A stretch of DNA of 64,000 nt from positions 5,963-69,962 of the IMG/VR virus record IMGVR_UViG_3300032291_003063. One strand, given 5' to 3'. The position numbers were made by a program, and so were the translations under genes. A model generated the notes under the pieces. It did no database searches. It had not been told where the DNA came from and saw nothing but the letters and a program-made list of their open reading frames with translations. The stretch comes from a virus. Shown here in pieces: positions 10,273-20,843 of this stretch (position 1 is its first letter; each line of letters starts with the position of its first letter).

Positions 10273-10905
10273 TTAGTCTACTGAGAATTCTTCGTCGATA
10301 GACTCATTATCGGTGTTCCCACCGTTAGCTCCTTGGCGAATACGGTCAAGAAGAGTCTTTTGCGCCTCTGGTGTAGAGCGGGGGATAACTTCTTCCATAG
10401 ACTTAAGACCATCAACTAGAGCACGCTCTTCAGCGTTCAAAGCACGATTCTTACAACGAAGAACCTTTAGTGTGTACTCTACGTTGATAGGACGAGGACC
10501 AGTCTTCTTCTTTTCGAAGACAACATCCCAACCCGTATCGGGGTCAGTAGGGTCTCCAAGGTCTTCGGCGGCAGTAATAATCTGCTCCCAAAGCTTCTTC
10601 TTTAGATTAAACACAGCGATCTTGCCATCGGCAATACACTGTACGGCGTACGCCCACCCGCACTTAATGTCTGGGTAGTACTCCTTTACGTAATCCTGCT
10701 CAGCACGGTCAAATGTTTCGGTGTCACGGTTGAATTCAAGGCACTCAAAAGGAATATCCTTATTGTTTTCGCCCTTGACCCAGTAGACGTAACGAGCGAG
10801 AATGTCGCCAACGATACGAATAGTCTGTTCACCGTCCTTAATCTTGTAAGTGTTAAGGCTGCTCTTCTGAGCAGAACCCTTTTGATTTGCAAATCCTAAA
10901 GCCAT
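10273..10905 (-). CDS. D11-like ssDNA-binding protein
   Basis: RYVYWVKG..PFECL, GDPTDPDTGWDV, acidic C-terminus; T5 synteny. Confidence 0.75.
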   Translation of the reverse strand: MALGFANQKGSAQKSSLNTYKIKDGEQTIRIVGDILARYVYWVKGENNKDIPFECLEFNRDTETFDRAEQDYVKEYYPDIKCGWAYAVQCIADGKIAVFNLKKKLWEQIITAAEDLGDPTDPDTGWDVVFEKKKTGPRPINVEYTLKVLRCKNRALNAEERALVDGLKSMEEVIPRSTPEAQKTLLDRIRQGANGGNTDNESIDEEFSVD

Positions 10906-11325
10906 CTATATCTCCTTTATTTCTTCGTACAGAAATTTAATGCTGTTGTCAATCTGTAGCAAGCGGTTGTTTTCAATTAGTTTAATCGGTACTGGGTTTT
11001 TTATTAGACTCAAGCTTTTATTCCCAGTCATTACAAATTCTGCATGACTTCTAAAGCTAGCTAGAGCTATATACTGAGCCACTTCTTTGTTTGTGTAGCT
11101 ACCTCTATCCTCTAGTAGTTCTTTTGGATTAAGTAAATACGATAGACCGCTAAAGTCGCGCCCGTAAAATTTACATCTTGAGTCTTTAGAGCTTCGAGGC
11201 TTTCTGTTATACGTTATCATATCCAGTATAGTTATGATATCTTTTATCTGCCTATTAGCGGCTCTATTTATCTTATTCCAATCGTACAGAATAGTCATTC
11301 TATCACACAAAACGTTGAAAGTCAA
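10906..11325 (-). CDS. Conserved T5-like hypothetical protein (start probably near 11298)
   Basis: ORF upstream of D11 with AQYIALASFR motif. Confidence 0.5.
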   Translation of the reverse strand: MTFNVLCDRMTILYDWNKINRAANRQIKDIITILDMITYNRKPRSSKDSRCKFYGRDFSGLSYLLNPKELLEDRGSYTNKEVAQYIALASFRSHAEFVMTGNKSLSLIKNPVPIKLIENNRLLQIDNSIKFLYEEIKEI

Positions 11326-12055
11326 GCTTTATTTTGTGTAAGGTATCCGGCATATACTGTTCCATGAAGTTGACGAGAGCAATCTTATATTTGTTGCCGC
11401 TTTCAAGTTCCTGGGCAATTTCAGCAATATTTGGGAAGTGTTCCTTAATAATATCCCAACAATCTGATGCGATTTTACTATGCTCTTTTTGAGTCCCATT
11501 TCCCATTCTAAGTAGGCAATAATGAACCCAGGAACGTAGGGTTCCATTCATATACATTAGAGTATACGTATTGCCTTCTGGGAGTACGACTCTAGCCTGC
11601 TCTTTGGCTATACCATGCTCTATAGCCCAGCTATACTTTTCTTTTGCTAGGTTATAAACCTGTGCTTGATGCATATTCCAAGACTCATTAAGATTAGCGT
11701 CTTGGCTGTCAACACTATTTTGCCTATTTTTAGTATCTTGCAGTCTCGCTTCTCTAAGTATGGGTGGATTATCCACTACTGCATACCGTTGAGAAAACTC
11801 CTGAAAAGAAAAGCTTCTGTGTCTAACAATTTGCCGACTAATATCTCTAGTAGTTTCGATTTCGATTACTAGATTTACCATTTCGAGAGGGCTCCAGTGG
11901 GCATCTCGCACAAGGCTCTTAAGAAGCTTTTTGGCTGTCTTAGTGTTGCCTTGATTTTTAGGATTAGATACTCGGGCCATATAGGCCACAAGGTCCGCAC
12001 TAGTAGCAATCTCAAGTCCGGGAACTGGCTGTGTTAAACCTATTAGCTTTACCAC
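11303..12055 (-). CDS. thyX: Flavin-dependent thymidylate synthase
   Basis: HWSPLEM, RHRSFSFQEFSQRY. Confidence 0.95.
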   Translation of the reverse strand: MVKLIGLTQPVPGLEIATSADLVAYMARVSNPKNQGNTKTAKKLLKSLVRDAHWSPLEMVNLVIEIETTRDISRQIVRHRSFSFQEFSQRYAVVDNPPILREARLQDTKNRQNSVDSQDANLNESWNMHQAQVYNLAKEKYSWAIEHGIAKEQARVVLPEGNTYTLMYMNGTLRSWVHYCLLRMGNGTQKEHSKIASDCWDIIKEHFPNIAEIAQELESGNKYKIALVNFMEQYMPDTLHKIKLDFQRFV

Positions 12056-12444
12056 TTTTTACCCCCTTCTGCAACTCTATTAGAGAGCTTATGGTCGGCT
12101 CGGGTAGCATTATACTCTAGTTTATCAAGAATAGCCCCAGAGAGGTCAAGGTTAAACCCACCACAAAAATCAGCAATTCTAATAACAGCATCAGCAAGCT
12201 CTTCCTCGACACCTAAATAGTCTGGAAGCTTATCACTTTCAAGATTTCTACGGCAGGCTTCCATGGCTTCTGCAATCTCAGATACAATTAGCATCAGCAT
12301 CTCGCCCTGATTTCTTTCTTTTGGGTTGCCAGCTAGGTCGGACCACCATCCTGCCTTATCAGAAGCATTAAAGCACTTCTCTATCAGACAATTGATACCA
12401 TCTTCAATCAGCAGTTCTTTGTTAATATTATTGAGTTCTCTCAT
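12049..12444 (-). CDS. MazG-like nucleotide pyrophosphohydrolase
   Basis: SEIAEAMEA, EEELADAVIRI. Confidence 0.8.
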   Translation of the reverse strand: MRELNNINKELLIEDGINCLIEKCFNASDKAGWWSDLAGNPKERNQGEMLMLIVSEIAEAMEACRRNLESDKLPDYLGVEEELADAVIRIADFCGGFNLDLSGAILDKLEYNATRADHKLSNRVAEGGKKW

Positions 12445-13709
12445 ATGTACTTTACCTTATACCCTTCCTTTATGTAAATGCCAAGCCTACTATTAAATTG
12501 CCTATTAGCGGTTTTTCCGTCTAACTTTATGTCTACAATTACTGGCGTTTTCTTGCCAGCTTTTTCTCTAACTACTCGCCCAATTAACTGAGTCAATAAG
12601 GATTCATTGTTTACAGGAGTTCCAAGAATTAAGCAACTTAGTGCGTCTTCAGAAATTCCTTCAGAAAACAGGGATTGAGTCCCACAGATTACATTTTTAT
12701 TTCCGCTAATAGAATTTAGCAGTTGTTCCCTGTCTTTAACCTTTCCGGTAATTACTACCGCAGAGTCCCCTATTAGTTTTCCTACCATATTGAGAAAGTG
12801 GACCCTATCTGATAGAGCAAGCACTTTATGCCCTTCAGAAGAGTACTTAGAAGCAATTACTGCTATTAGTCTTTGGTACTCTTCCATCTCTACTAGTTTG
12901 TTGACTCGAGTAGCCCAAGGCAGTCCGTCTAGAAAACGTATTCCGGGCTCTACTACGTGAATTTCGGGAATCATATAGTTTTCTTTTTCTGGCTTAAATA
13001 TTTTATTGCCAAAATAGTCTCTAAAAACTACATGTTTTCCGTCTTTTCTGAGAATCGTACCACTAAGCCCAATTTTATACCTAGCATAACTACTATCTAT
13101 AATCTTGGAAAAAGTTGGGCTTGATACGTGGTGCATTTCATCAAGTATAATCGTACCGAATTCTCTAGATACTTTAGGAATGTTTCTATACAGAGATTGT
13201 ATATTTGACACAGTAATAGGCTTACTAGTATCAAATGACCCACTACCAATAATAGAGGGAGTAAATCCATAGACCTTTTCGGTCTGCTGGGCCCACTGAT
13301 TTCTCAGGGGTATGGTGTGCGTAACTATAAGAGTTTTTTGCTTGAGCTTTCCGGCAATTGCAAGACCGGTAAAGGTCTTTCCCCAAGAAACCCACGCATT
13401 AATTATCGCGTTGTCTTCAAGCTCATCATAGACAGCTTTTTGGCTCGGTCGAAGAGTAAACTTAAAGTCGGGAAACTTAACTGGGGCAAGAACTCTTTTG
13501 TCAACTATTTCGTGGTTTTTAGGTATTAGATCGGTTCGTCCTATTGGAATAGATACTATACCTGGACGAATTAACCCCATGTTCTTTATGATCTCCGGGG
13601 GAGCTTCTTCATTCCAGGAAGGAATCCTATACGTGAGTTCCTTATCTAGCTCCGATTGGATTTCAGGAGTTACGTCCAGATAAATTCTATTGCTTAGAAC
13701 GGCTTTCAT
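12441..13709 (-). CDS. SF2 DNA helicase (D10)
   Basis: VSWGKT, ILDEMHH, LSGT, QLIGRV. Confidence 0.9.
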   Translation of the reverse strand: MKAVLSNRIYLDVTPEIQSELDKELTYRIPSWNEEAPPEIIKNMGLIRPGIVSIPIGRTDLIPKNHEIVDKRVLAPVKFPDFKFTLRPSQKAVYDELEDNAIINAWVSWGKTFTGLAIAGKLKQKTLIVTHTIPLRNQWAQQTEKVYGFTPSIIGSGSFDTSKPITVSNIQSLYRNIPKVSREFGTIILDEMHHVSSPTFSKIIDSSYARYKIGLSGTILRKDGKHVVFRDYFGNKIFKPEKENYMIPEIHVVEPGIRFLDGLPWATRVNKLVEMEEYQRLIAVIASKYSSEGHKVLALSDRVHFLNMVGKLIGDSAVVITGKVKDREQLLNSISGNKNVICGTQSLFSEGISEDALSCLILGTPVNNESLLTQLIGRVVREKAGKKTPVIVDIKLDGKTANRQFNSRLGIYIKEGYKVKYI

Positions 13710-14361
13710 ACTTGTTTTTTGCCTTTATGTAGCTTTTAACGAGGCCACTTCTTACTATGTCATCTACAGTAAACTCAACGTAGTCAAATTCTCCCATGCT
13801 CGAAAGAATAGCGAAGAAGTCTTTTAGGCCATTAGACTTGAGGTCTGATTGTCTAAAATCACCAGAGAAGATAACTCTACAGTTATCTCCTACTCTAGTC
13901 ATGATTGAGTCGAGTTCGTGCATAGTCATGTTTTGACATTCGTCTACAATTATAACAGAGTCTCTAATTGTAGTGCCTCTTATAAAAGAGGTTGTGCGAA
14001 AGTCTACTTGGTTGTTAGCTTTTAGTATTTGGTAAGCATCGCCTCTGCTAAATAATTCTTGGCATATATCCCTATAAGGGCTCTCATAAATTTCTGCCTT
14101 GTCCTTATCATTGCCAGGTAGAAAGCCTATGTCCCTAGTAGGTACAGCACTTCTTACTAAAACGATCTTATCGCATTCACCTTCAAATAAATGTTTAAGC
14201 CCAAGGTATAGGCTCAGAAAGGTTTTTCCAGTTCCTGCAACACCATGTAAAACAAGGTGCCCGTCAGAGTCGAAAACTTTTCGCTGATTATCGGTCTTTG
14301 GAACGACTGATACTAGCTCCAAGTTTTGTTGTGGTATGCCTCTCTTTCGTGGTTTACTCAT
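13687..14361 (-). CDS. phoH: PhoH-family ATPase
   Basis: GVAGTGKT, GFLPG, RGTT, VDECQN, GDFRQSD. Confidence 0.92.
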   Translation of the reverse strand: MSKPRKRGIPQQNLELVSVVPKTDNQRKVFDSDGHLVLHGVAGTGKTFLSLYLGLKHLFEGECDKIVLVRSAVPTRDIGFLPGNDKDKAEIYESPYRDICQELFSRGDAYQILKANNQVDFRTTSFIRGTTIRDSVIIVDECQNMTMHELDSIMTRVGDNCRVIFSGDFRQSDLKSNGLKDFFAILSSMGEFDYVEFTVDDIVRSGLVKSYIKAKNKYESRSKQ

Positions 14362-14846
14362 ATTTTCCTCTTAGTGTCCTTACCCTTCTCTAGGGTAAAT
14401 TCATACACAAACCAAGGGTGGCCGTTAAGACAGAGAATCCTGGCAAAAGGATATTTTTCGTCAGGCGGCCTTGTAGCCTCAATTGGAAACGGGATATCAA
14501 AAAACCATAGTAGTGATTTAATATCTTTCTTCTCTACTAGCTTTAACTTATAATACTTTAAATCTTGTCTAGAAGTCTTTTCGTATGTAAAGACTTTTCC
14601 AGAGGAATCAATAAAGTGCTTATATTTAAATAAGTACTCTAAGTCATAAGACCCTTTTGACAGCTTGTATAAGCCGCCAAAAGGAGTCTGTAGCCTTCTG
14701 CGCCCTAGATTTTCTCCGGGCATGTTTGTATCATCTAGAATTTCTCCCTCTATAAATAAAATCCCATCTCCTAAACTAACATTGTCTGTATGCAGTCGAT
14801 AGATGGGAAATACTATATTAGGAATATTTCTATAAGTATAAATCAT
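14358..14846 (-). CDS. Conserved T5-like hypothetical protein
   Basis: Immediately downstream of polA as in T5; LGRRRL and FIDSSGKVF motifs. Confidence 0.55.
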   Translation of the reverse strand: MIYTYRNIPNIVFPIYRLHTDNVSLGDGILFIEGEILDDTNMPGENLGRRRLQTPFGGLYKLSKGSYDLEYLFKYKHFIDSSGKVFTYEKTSRQDLKYYKLKLVEKKDIKSLLWFFDIPFPIEATRPPDEKYPFARILCLNGHPWFVYEFTLEKGKDTKRKI

Positions 14847-17110
14847 ACAAGGTCTTCGTAAGTCTTTTCAAACTTTCCTGTGGAGTAGTCTTCTCCAATT
14901 TCAAAGTCACACATAATTGGTACTCCAGGAATACTCACACCTCTATCCACTTGAATAAAGTGTTCGAGCTTACTCTTGTACTCCTCAATCTCGTCGTCAG
15001 GAACTTCTGCTAGAATAGAGTCATGCACAAGAGCAAATATACGAGATTTCATTCCCTTAGCATCAATATAGGCTTGCATATCAATAGCTCCAAGCACATT
15101 TACGTCACTAGAGGGAGACTGCACTAGAAAGTTAATTCCAGACCTAACAGTATGCGCTACTGTTGCCCTGTCTTCGGAGAAGACGTTGGCTAGTCTGCGC
15201 TTTCTGCCAAAGAAGCTATAGATAAACCCGTTCTCAAGAATAAACTTCTTGTTCCCGTCGATCCACTTCTTTAGTTTCTTGAAGGTATTAAAGTAATCAG
15301 TAATAACTTCTTCGGCCTCAGAAACAGAGAACAGAGTCCCGGTTTCTTTAGTTACCTCAGAACTGATCTTATCAGCGCCAGCTCCGTACAGAATACCAAA
15401 GGTAACTGCCTTAACAGCACTTCTTTTTTCAGGGAAAAGAGTCTTAATCTCTTCTACTTTACATGGTAGGGCAAACACTCTTTTTGCAATACTTGAGTGG
15501 AAGTCTTCCTTGTTACGGAATACATCCATAAGAGCTTCGTCTTTAGACACTACGGCTGCAATGTATACTTCCGCAGTCTTCAAGTCCATTGATACAATCT
15601 TATGCCCAGGAGCTGCTTTAATACAGCCTTTAACAATAGGATTGTCTCTAGGAAGCTGCTGCATGTTAAGCTTACCACTGGAAGAAAGACGACCACTAGT
15701 AGTACTATGCAGATTAAAGTTGGTACGAAGACGACTATCTTTATCCAGTTGAGGAATAATCTTGTCTAGGTATGTGTTCTTGATCTTTGCCTTTTGGCGA
15801 ATTGCAAGAATTAGCCTTGGAATTTCATGCTGAGTGCTAAGCTGCTCTAGAACTTCGGCATCAGTAGAGCTTGCACCCTTCTTGGTCTTCTTGCTAGGCC
15901 TGAGCTTTAGGAAGTCGAAGAGTAGTACTCTTAGCTGATTAACACTATTGGGGTTGAATTTCTTTCCTTGAAACTGCTCAAATTCAGCAACAACTTGATG
16001 GGTATATAGTTCTGCAATAGCCTTATCAATATCTTCCTGCATAAGAGCTTGGGCCTTAACGAGACGATCCTTGTCAAAAGGAACTCCGTTATTTTCCATC
16101 TTAATAAGAAAGTTTGAGCCCGGCATTAGAATATTATTATATACATGCGCGAGTTTCTTATTCTTATCAATAACAGGCTTAAACTTCTGGAATATGGCTA
16201 GAGTAACCACTGAGTCGATTGCCGCATAAGGAACCATAATATCAAAAGGAATAAACGAGTACGAGAGGTCTTCCTTTAAAATACCATGAGTTTTGCAGTA
16301 GTTATTCTTCCACTCCTCTAGGTCTCTTTCGTAGTCGCCAAACTTGGTGTACTTAAGTGCAAGTTGCTTAAGCCCATGAGTACCCGGAGTTTCATCAATA
16401 AGATAGTGTAGAAGCATGGTATCATCTGAGCGAGGAAACTTCCAGCCAAAATGATAAATAAACCAAGACTTGTCGAACTTAGCGTTATGAAACACTACGT
16501 TCTTCTTATTGAAAAGCTCCTGAAGCTTAGCTTCGACTTCTTCAGTAAAACAATCAGTGCTAATATAAGCACCAAAGTCTTCCTTATAGGAAATACTAAT
16601 GCCAAGAATATGCCCGTTACGGGGGTAAAGCGCAGAAGTTTCTGAGTCTAGAGCAATATTGTTTTCGGGGTGATCTATAGCTGCTTGAATGTACTCCAAG
16701 GCTTTTTCGGTGTCGTCGATGCCCACGTAATATGAGCTGTCTAGGGTAAATCCTGTATCGGCGCCCGATACCAGGTCGTTGATCTTTTGCTTTGACTCGT
16801 CAAAAAGGGTCTTAGACTCTGGCTTGAATGCAAGCATTGCCGGATTGATTATCGGAATAAACTTTTCCTGAACAACCTTACCAGAATACTCAGTTACAGA
16901 AGTAACCTTAGTGAAAAACTTCAAGGGTTCGCTACCAACCAGAATAACCCAGTCGTAGTTGTCCATGTTGATATCAATATCAACATCTTTCTTAAGAATC
17001 TTCTTAAGGGAGGCATCAGAAGCTAGTACATATTGGTCAAACTCAAAATCAAAATGAGACTTGTAGTCTGTTCTGCTTTTCTTTGTTTCAATAATTGCTA
17101 CTTTAGCCAT
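14843..17110 (-). CDS. polA: Family A DNA polymerase with 3'-5' exonuclease
   Basis: LDSET, FHNAKFD, TSGRLSS, KAVTFGILYG, VHDS. Confidence 0.95.
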   Translation of the reverse strand: MAKVAIIETKKSRTDYKSHFDFEFDQYVLASDASLKKILKKDVDIDINMDNYDWVILVGSEPLKFFTKVTSVTEYSGKVVQEKFIPIINPAMLAFKPESKTLFDESKQKINDLVSGADTGFTLDSSYYVGIDDTEKALEYIQAAIDHPENNIALDSETSALYPRNGHILGISISYKEDFGAYISTDCFTEEVEAKLQELFNKKNVVFHNAKFDKSWFIYHFGWKFPRSDDTMLLHYLIDETPGTHGLKQLALKYTKFGDYERDLEEWKNNYCKTHGILKEDLSYSFIPFDIMVPYAAIDSVVTLAIFQKFKPVIDKNKKLAHVYNNILMPGSNFLIKMENNGVPFDKDRLVKAQALMQEDIDKAIAELYTHQVVAEFEQFQGKKFNPNSVNQLRVLLFDFLKLRPSKKTKKGASSTDAEVLEQLSTQHEIPRLILAIRQKAKIKNTYLDKIIPQLDKDSRLRTNFNLHSTTSGRLSSSGKLNMQQLPRDNPIVKGCIKAAPGHKIVSMDLKTAEVYIAAVVSKDEALMDVFRNKEDFHSSIAKRVFALPCKVEEIKTLFPEKRSAVKAVTFGILYGAGADKISSEVTKETGTLFSVSEAEEVITDYFNTFKKLKKWIDGNKKFILENGFIYSFFGRKRRLANVFSEDRATVAHTVRSGINFLVQSPSSDVNVLGAIDMQAYIDAKGMKSRIFALVHDSILAEVPDDEIEEYKSKLEHFIQVDRGVSIPGVPIMCDFEIGEDYSTGKFEKTYEDLV

Positions 17111-17933
17111 ACAATTTCCTTTTTAAGTTAAGCACTGTAGTCTCCGGTAGAGACCCAGGGTCATTCTGTTTCAATTCGATGTTTCTGTAAGATAAGTCTA
17201 ACTTATCACAAAGTTCTTTGACTCTAAGTGCAGCGGACTGTCCCGCCTCATCGGCATCAAAAAATATATCTACACCTTCTATGCCCTGTACCTTGAGTAT
17301 TTCTAGCTTTTCTAGCGTTAGCGTTCGTGTACCAAAAGTACACACAGCATTAGTCAGCCCTTTATCGTGCAAATTAAGTACGTCAAATATGCCTTCTACT
17401 AGAATAACTTTCCCTTCTATAGGAGTTACTACCGGGTACAGAGGTATCTTTGCTTCTCTAGGCGAAATTAGGTACTTAGGAGTATGCATCATGTTGGTAT
17501 GCCTAGCTATAAAAGCCACCGTCCTACCACTAATATCGTTAATAGGAAAGACAATTCTACTAGCAAACTCAGGTAAAGCACTTTGAAAAGCACCAAATGC
17601 TTTGTAAGTCTTACCAGAAATACCTCTCCAGTCTCCTTCGTAGTCTTCGGCATCGGAAGGCTTTAGCATTCCGATACTTTCTACTAGCTTTTGGTTTATC
17701 TTCTTTTTTAGAAGCTCTCGCCTAATCTGTCCTGCATTGGGTTTGGCATTAAAGTATGTAAATACGTTACCCTTAAAGCCACAAGAAAAGCAGTGGTATA
17801 TACCAGTAATTCGATCAACCCGCATACTTGGGTTGCTATCATCATGGTCTGGGTTAAGACAAGAAAGAATATAGTCATTCCCTCTTTGCTGAAACGCTAT
17901 ATTCTTCTTGTTAAGTAGTTCTTCCACTCTCAT
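17103..17933 (-). CDS. DNA primase (Zn finger plus TOPRIM)
   Basis: CLNPDH...HCFSC, VEGIFD, FDADEAG. Confidence 0.9.
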   Translation of the reverse strand: MRVEELLNKKNIAFQQRGNDYILSCLNPDHDDSNPSMRVDRITGIYHCFSCGFKGNVFTYFNAKPNAGQIRRELLKKKINQKLVESIGMLKPSDAEDYEGDWRGISGKTYKAFGAFQSALPEFASRIVFPINDISGRTVAFIARHTNMMHTPKYLISPREAKIPLYPVVTPIEGKVILVEGIFDVLNLHDKGLTNAVCTFGTRTLTLEKLEILKVQGIEGVDIFFDADEAGQSAALRVKELCDKLDLSYRNIELKQNDPGSLPETTVLNLKRKLYG

Positions 17934-19276
17934 TAGAATACCTCATTTGGTTCTTCTGACGATGACTTTTTAGAGGCTTCTTTTTCTTTTGGAGTAAGTG
18001 CCGTGTTAGGCCCAATCTTAAGGCTGGACCAGTCTACTTCTGATGTAAATGATTTTAACTCGTTATTTCTCATCTTCACACAATCAAAAGTAATGCAGTT
18101 ATCCCCGTGGCTCCAAGTATTCATAGTAAAAGCAGCATCACACGAGTCAAGAACACCCTTAGCAAACCTAGCTTCTCCAGAAGCATCAATTTGATAAGGG
18201 CTAATAACAGGAACATTATATTCCTGGGCCATTGCCTTTAGAGCTTTGGCTATCTCAATCTGCTCAGTCCACTCATACTGGCCGTTTTTACTACCAGTGT
18301 TACGCTTTACTTGGTTTAGGTAATCTACAATAATAATTCCTAAGTCCTGAGTCTTGTATATCTTGTCCACTTCACTCTGGATTTTACCCAAAGTGAGGTA
18401 TGGGTCATATATAATTTCTATCTGATTTGATACCATAGGCTCTTTGGTGAGACCCAGGTGCAGTTTAGTAAAATCTCGATGCTCTAGGTAATTTTCATAG
18501 TGAAAACTACTGTGCTCTTTTCTATCGCACCACCACTTAGCCACTACTTCCCACTCTTGAACAGAAAGGTTCTTAGTTCTAAGTCTACCGAAAGGAATTC
18601 CTGTATCTACAGAGCAAAAGCGCTGTAGAATGTTTCGGCTGTCCATTTCAATAGTAAAATAAATCGCAGCTCTACCACTGTTTTTGATGTTTACAGCTAG
18701 ATTGGCACAAGTAACTGACTTACCAGCCCCACGCTTACCACCGATAAGAATAAGGTCTCTAGGAGAGAACTTTATCTCATGGTCGTAGTTTGTATTTAGC
18801 CCTAGTGCAATATACTTTGACAACTCTTCGTCAGACTCAAATAGAGTAATTCGCTCCATAGACTCGGCAGGGTCTTTAATCTCTACCTGTGTCTCTACGT
18901 CTAGAACTATTTGATGAAGATGTGCTAAGGTTTCTTCAGCGGTCTCAAAAGAGATAGACGTATCAATGTACGTCTCTAGTTTTGTTAGAATCTCTCTTTG
19001 TGCATATTCATTTTTTAGGAATTCGAGCAGGAGCGAAGGATCGGCGTCAACTTCAAGAGCCTCAACTGCAAATAATTTGGCACGAGTTTGCGCATCGCGT
19101 ATCCCTAGCTTTAGTTCCTCAAACGAGGGCAAACTGTGCTGAGATTCGCAATGTTTTGTAATAACGCTAAATAGCGTATGATATTCGGGAGGAAGATAAT
19201 GCTTACGTACATTAGACCATGTATCTAAATCACTTTCTTCCAGAACTTTCTTTAGTAGCGCGCTGGCTATATTCAA
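17933..19276 (-). CDS. DnaB-like replicative helicase (D6)
   Basis: GKRGAGKS, FTIEM, VDYLNQ. Confidence 0.88.
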   Translation of the reverse strand: MNIASALLKKVLEESDLDTWSNVRKHYLPPEYHTLFSVITKHCESQHSLPSFEELKLGIRDAQTRAKLFAVEALEVDADPSLLLEFLKNEYAQREILTKLETYIDTSISFETAEETLAHLHQIVLDVETQVEIKDPAESMERITLFESDEELSKYIALGLNTNYDHEIKFSPRDLILIGGKRGAGKSVTCANLAVNIKNSGRAAIYFTIEMDSRNILQRFCSVDTGIPFGRLRTKNLSVQEWEVVAKWWCDRKEHSSFHYENYLEHRDFTKLHLGLTKEPMVSNQIEIIYDPYLTLGKIQSEVDKIYKTQDLGIIIVDYLNQVKRNTGSKNGQYEWTEQIEIAKALKAMAQEYNVPVISPYQIDASGEARFAKGVLDSCDAAFTMNTWSHGDNCITFDCVKMRNNELKSFTSEVDWSSLKIGPNTALTPKEKEASKKSSSEEPNEVF

Positions 19277-19346
19277 ATGCTTTTCCCTAAAATAAAGGCG
19301 GGAGCATGATCTCCACGCTCCCGCCCAATCAGCTTAAAGGAAAAGT

Positions 19347-20081
19347 TTAGACTGCTGCTGCAGCCTTTTCCTTCTTGGTAGCACCATCATAGTCGGCAAC
19401 CTTGATGCCCCTACGAGTTAGCATGGTCTTAACCCCGCGAACAGTCTTGCCAAGCTTATCAGCAATGTCTTGGACAGTCATGTCAGCAACGTCACCAAGG
19501 TCGTCCAAGGCGTCCGTCTTAGCAACGGCCTTGTTAGCTTGATACGGAATGGCCTCAATCTGACCAGCGCGAAGAAGGCTGAGAGCCTTACCACGAACGC
19601 TGTTAATGGCCTTTCCGAGACGCTCGGCGATGGCTTCTAGCGAAGCTCCACCAGTTGCAAGCTGGACAAATACACCTTCTTCTTCTTCGGTGTAGGTACG
19701 TACAGCCTCTACCTTAGGGGTAGGACGCACGTGAGCGGTAAGTTCCATAGAAAGGATCTTACCTTGAATAGACTTAGGCGAGAAGCTTCCGCCCTCAAAA
19801 ACCTCAGCAATTTCCCCGTAGGTATAAGTGCCAGAGTTTGAAGTAACGAAGCTAGCAAGAGCGGCTTCTTGGTCATCGCTATAAGCCTTTACAGCGGCCT
19901 TGTCGGCAGCCGATTGAACTTCATAACCTTCCTTACGCAGCTTGCTGGCTACAGAGCGAGAAGTAGTACCCAGAGCTTCCGCAGCACTCGCTACGGTTTC
20001 AACGGATACGGGGGTCTCACCACCGACTAGGTCGGCAAGTTGGTTAGTACGGTCTTCAGTCCACTTAGGTAAAGCAGTCAA
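19347..20081 (-). CDS. D5-like DNA-binding protein
   Basis: Repeated HTH-like units (RSVASKLRK, SIQGKILS, SVRGKALSL, RGVKTMLTRRG); T5 synteny. Confidence 0.8.
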   Translation of the reverse strand: MTALPKWTEDRTNQLADLVGGETPVSVETVASAAEALGTTSRSVASKLRKEGYEVQSAADKAAVKAYSDDQEAALASFVTSNSGTYTYGEIAEVFEGGSFSPKSIQGKILSMELTAHVRPTPKVEAVRTYTEEEEGVFVQLATGGASLEAIAERLGKAINSVRGKALSLLRAGQIEAIPYQANKAVAKTDALDDLGDVADMTVQDIADKLGKTVRGVKTMLTRRGIKVADYDGATKKEKAAAAV

Positions 20082-20090
20082 TTTAGTCTC

Positions 20091-20807
20091 CTATAATATT
20101 TCTGTTAAGTTATTTACAATACGAACGCCAGACTCTCTGGCCTTCACGGTTTTAGCGGACTCAATGCCGCTCTCATTTACTAGTATAGTCACATCCTTTG
20201 TGATACTAGCTTTTACAGTATACCCCTTGGCCTCTAGAACCTTCTTGGCTTCATCTTTATTCTTGAAGCTAGTAAGTTTCCCGGAAATACATACAACACC
20301 GTTAGTGGCCGACTTCTTAGCAAACATATAGCTAAAAGGAAGATCATAAGAAAATCTTTGTAAAAATTCCATTAGATTATTAGTTGCTTTTTCGCCAATC
20401 CCGGCTTCTTTACAGACTTCCGCAGTAACCTCAGATAGAGAGTCAACATGAAAGGCTAGTTTGTCCGCGACAGAAGCGCCCACTAGTGGGACTCCAAGCG
20501 CAGGAAGCACAAGATTTAGGGGGGCTGCCTTTGATTTTTCGATTTCTTCGTTTAGCTTGGCAGCTAGCTTATGTCCGAGAGGGCTAGTGTCAACAGTGTA
20601 AACATCATAGAAAGTACGAATGTCTAACTTACGGACAGCAGCAGGCCCCAAACCCTTGATCTTTAGAGTAGAAGCAAAGTGCTCCACTTTTTTATACTGC
20701 CGGTCCCCACATTCTGTGTTAGTGCAGTATAGCTGATCTTTTACTAGGGTTAGTTGGCCCTCACATGATGGGCAATTACTCGGTGGTTTGATCATTCGCC
20801 CTCTCAT
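20091..20807 (-). CDS. NAD-dependent DNA ligase subunit B (Zn finger, HhH, BRCT)
   Basis: CPSC..CTNTEC, IKGLG, BRCT segment CISGKL. Confidence 0.88.
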   Translation of the reverse strand: MRGRMIKPPSNCPSCEGQLTLVKDQLYCTNTECGDRQYKKVEHFASTLKIKGLGPAAVRKLDIRTFYDVYTVDTSPLGHKLAAKLNEEIEKSKAAPLNLVLPALGVPLVGASVADKLAFHVDSLSEVTAEVCKEAGIGEKATNNLMEFLQRFSYDLPFSYMFAKKSATNGVVCISGKLTSFKNKDEAKKVLEAKGYTVKASITKDVTILVNESGIESAKTVKARESGVRIVNNLTEIL

Positions 20808-20843
20808 TTAATATAGTGATTATAGCCCAGATAACCACGAAAG

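Noticed and set aside
16750-17110. Extra N-terminal domain on the DNA polymerase as a novelty
   Set aside because: A comparable N-terminal extension is present in T5-type polymerases.
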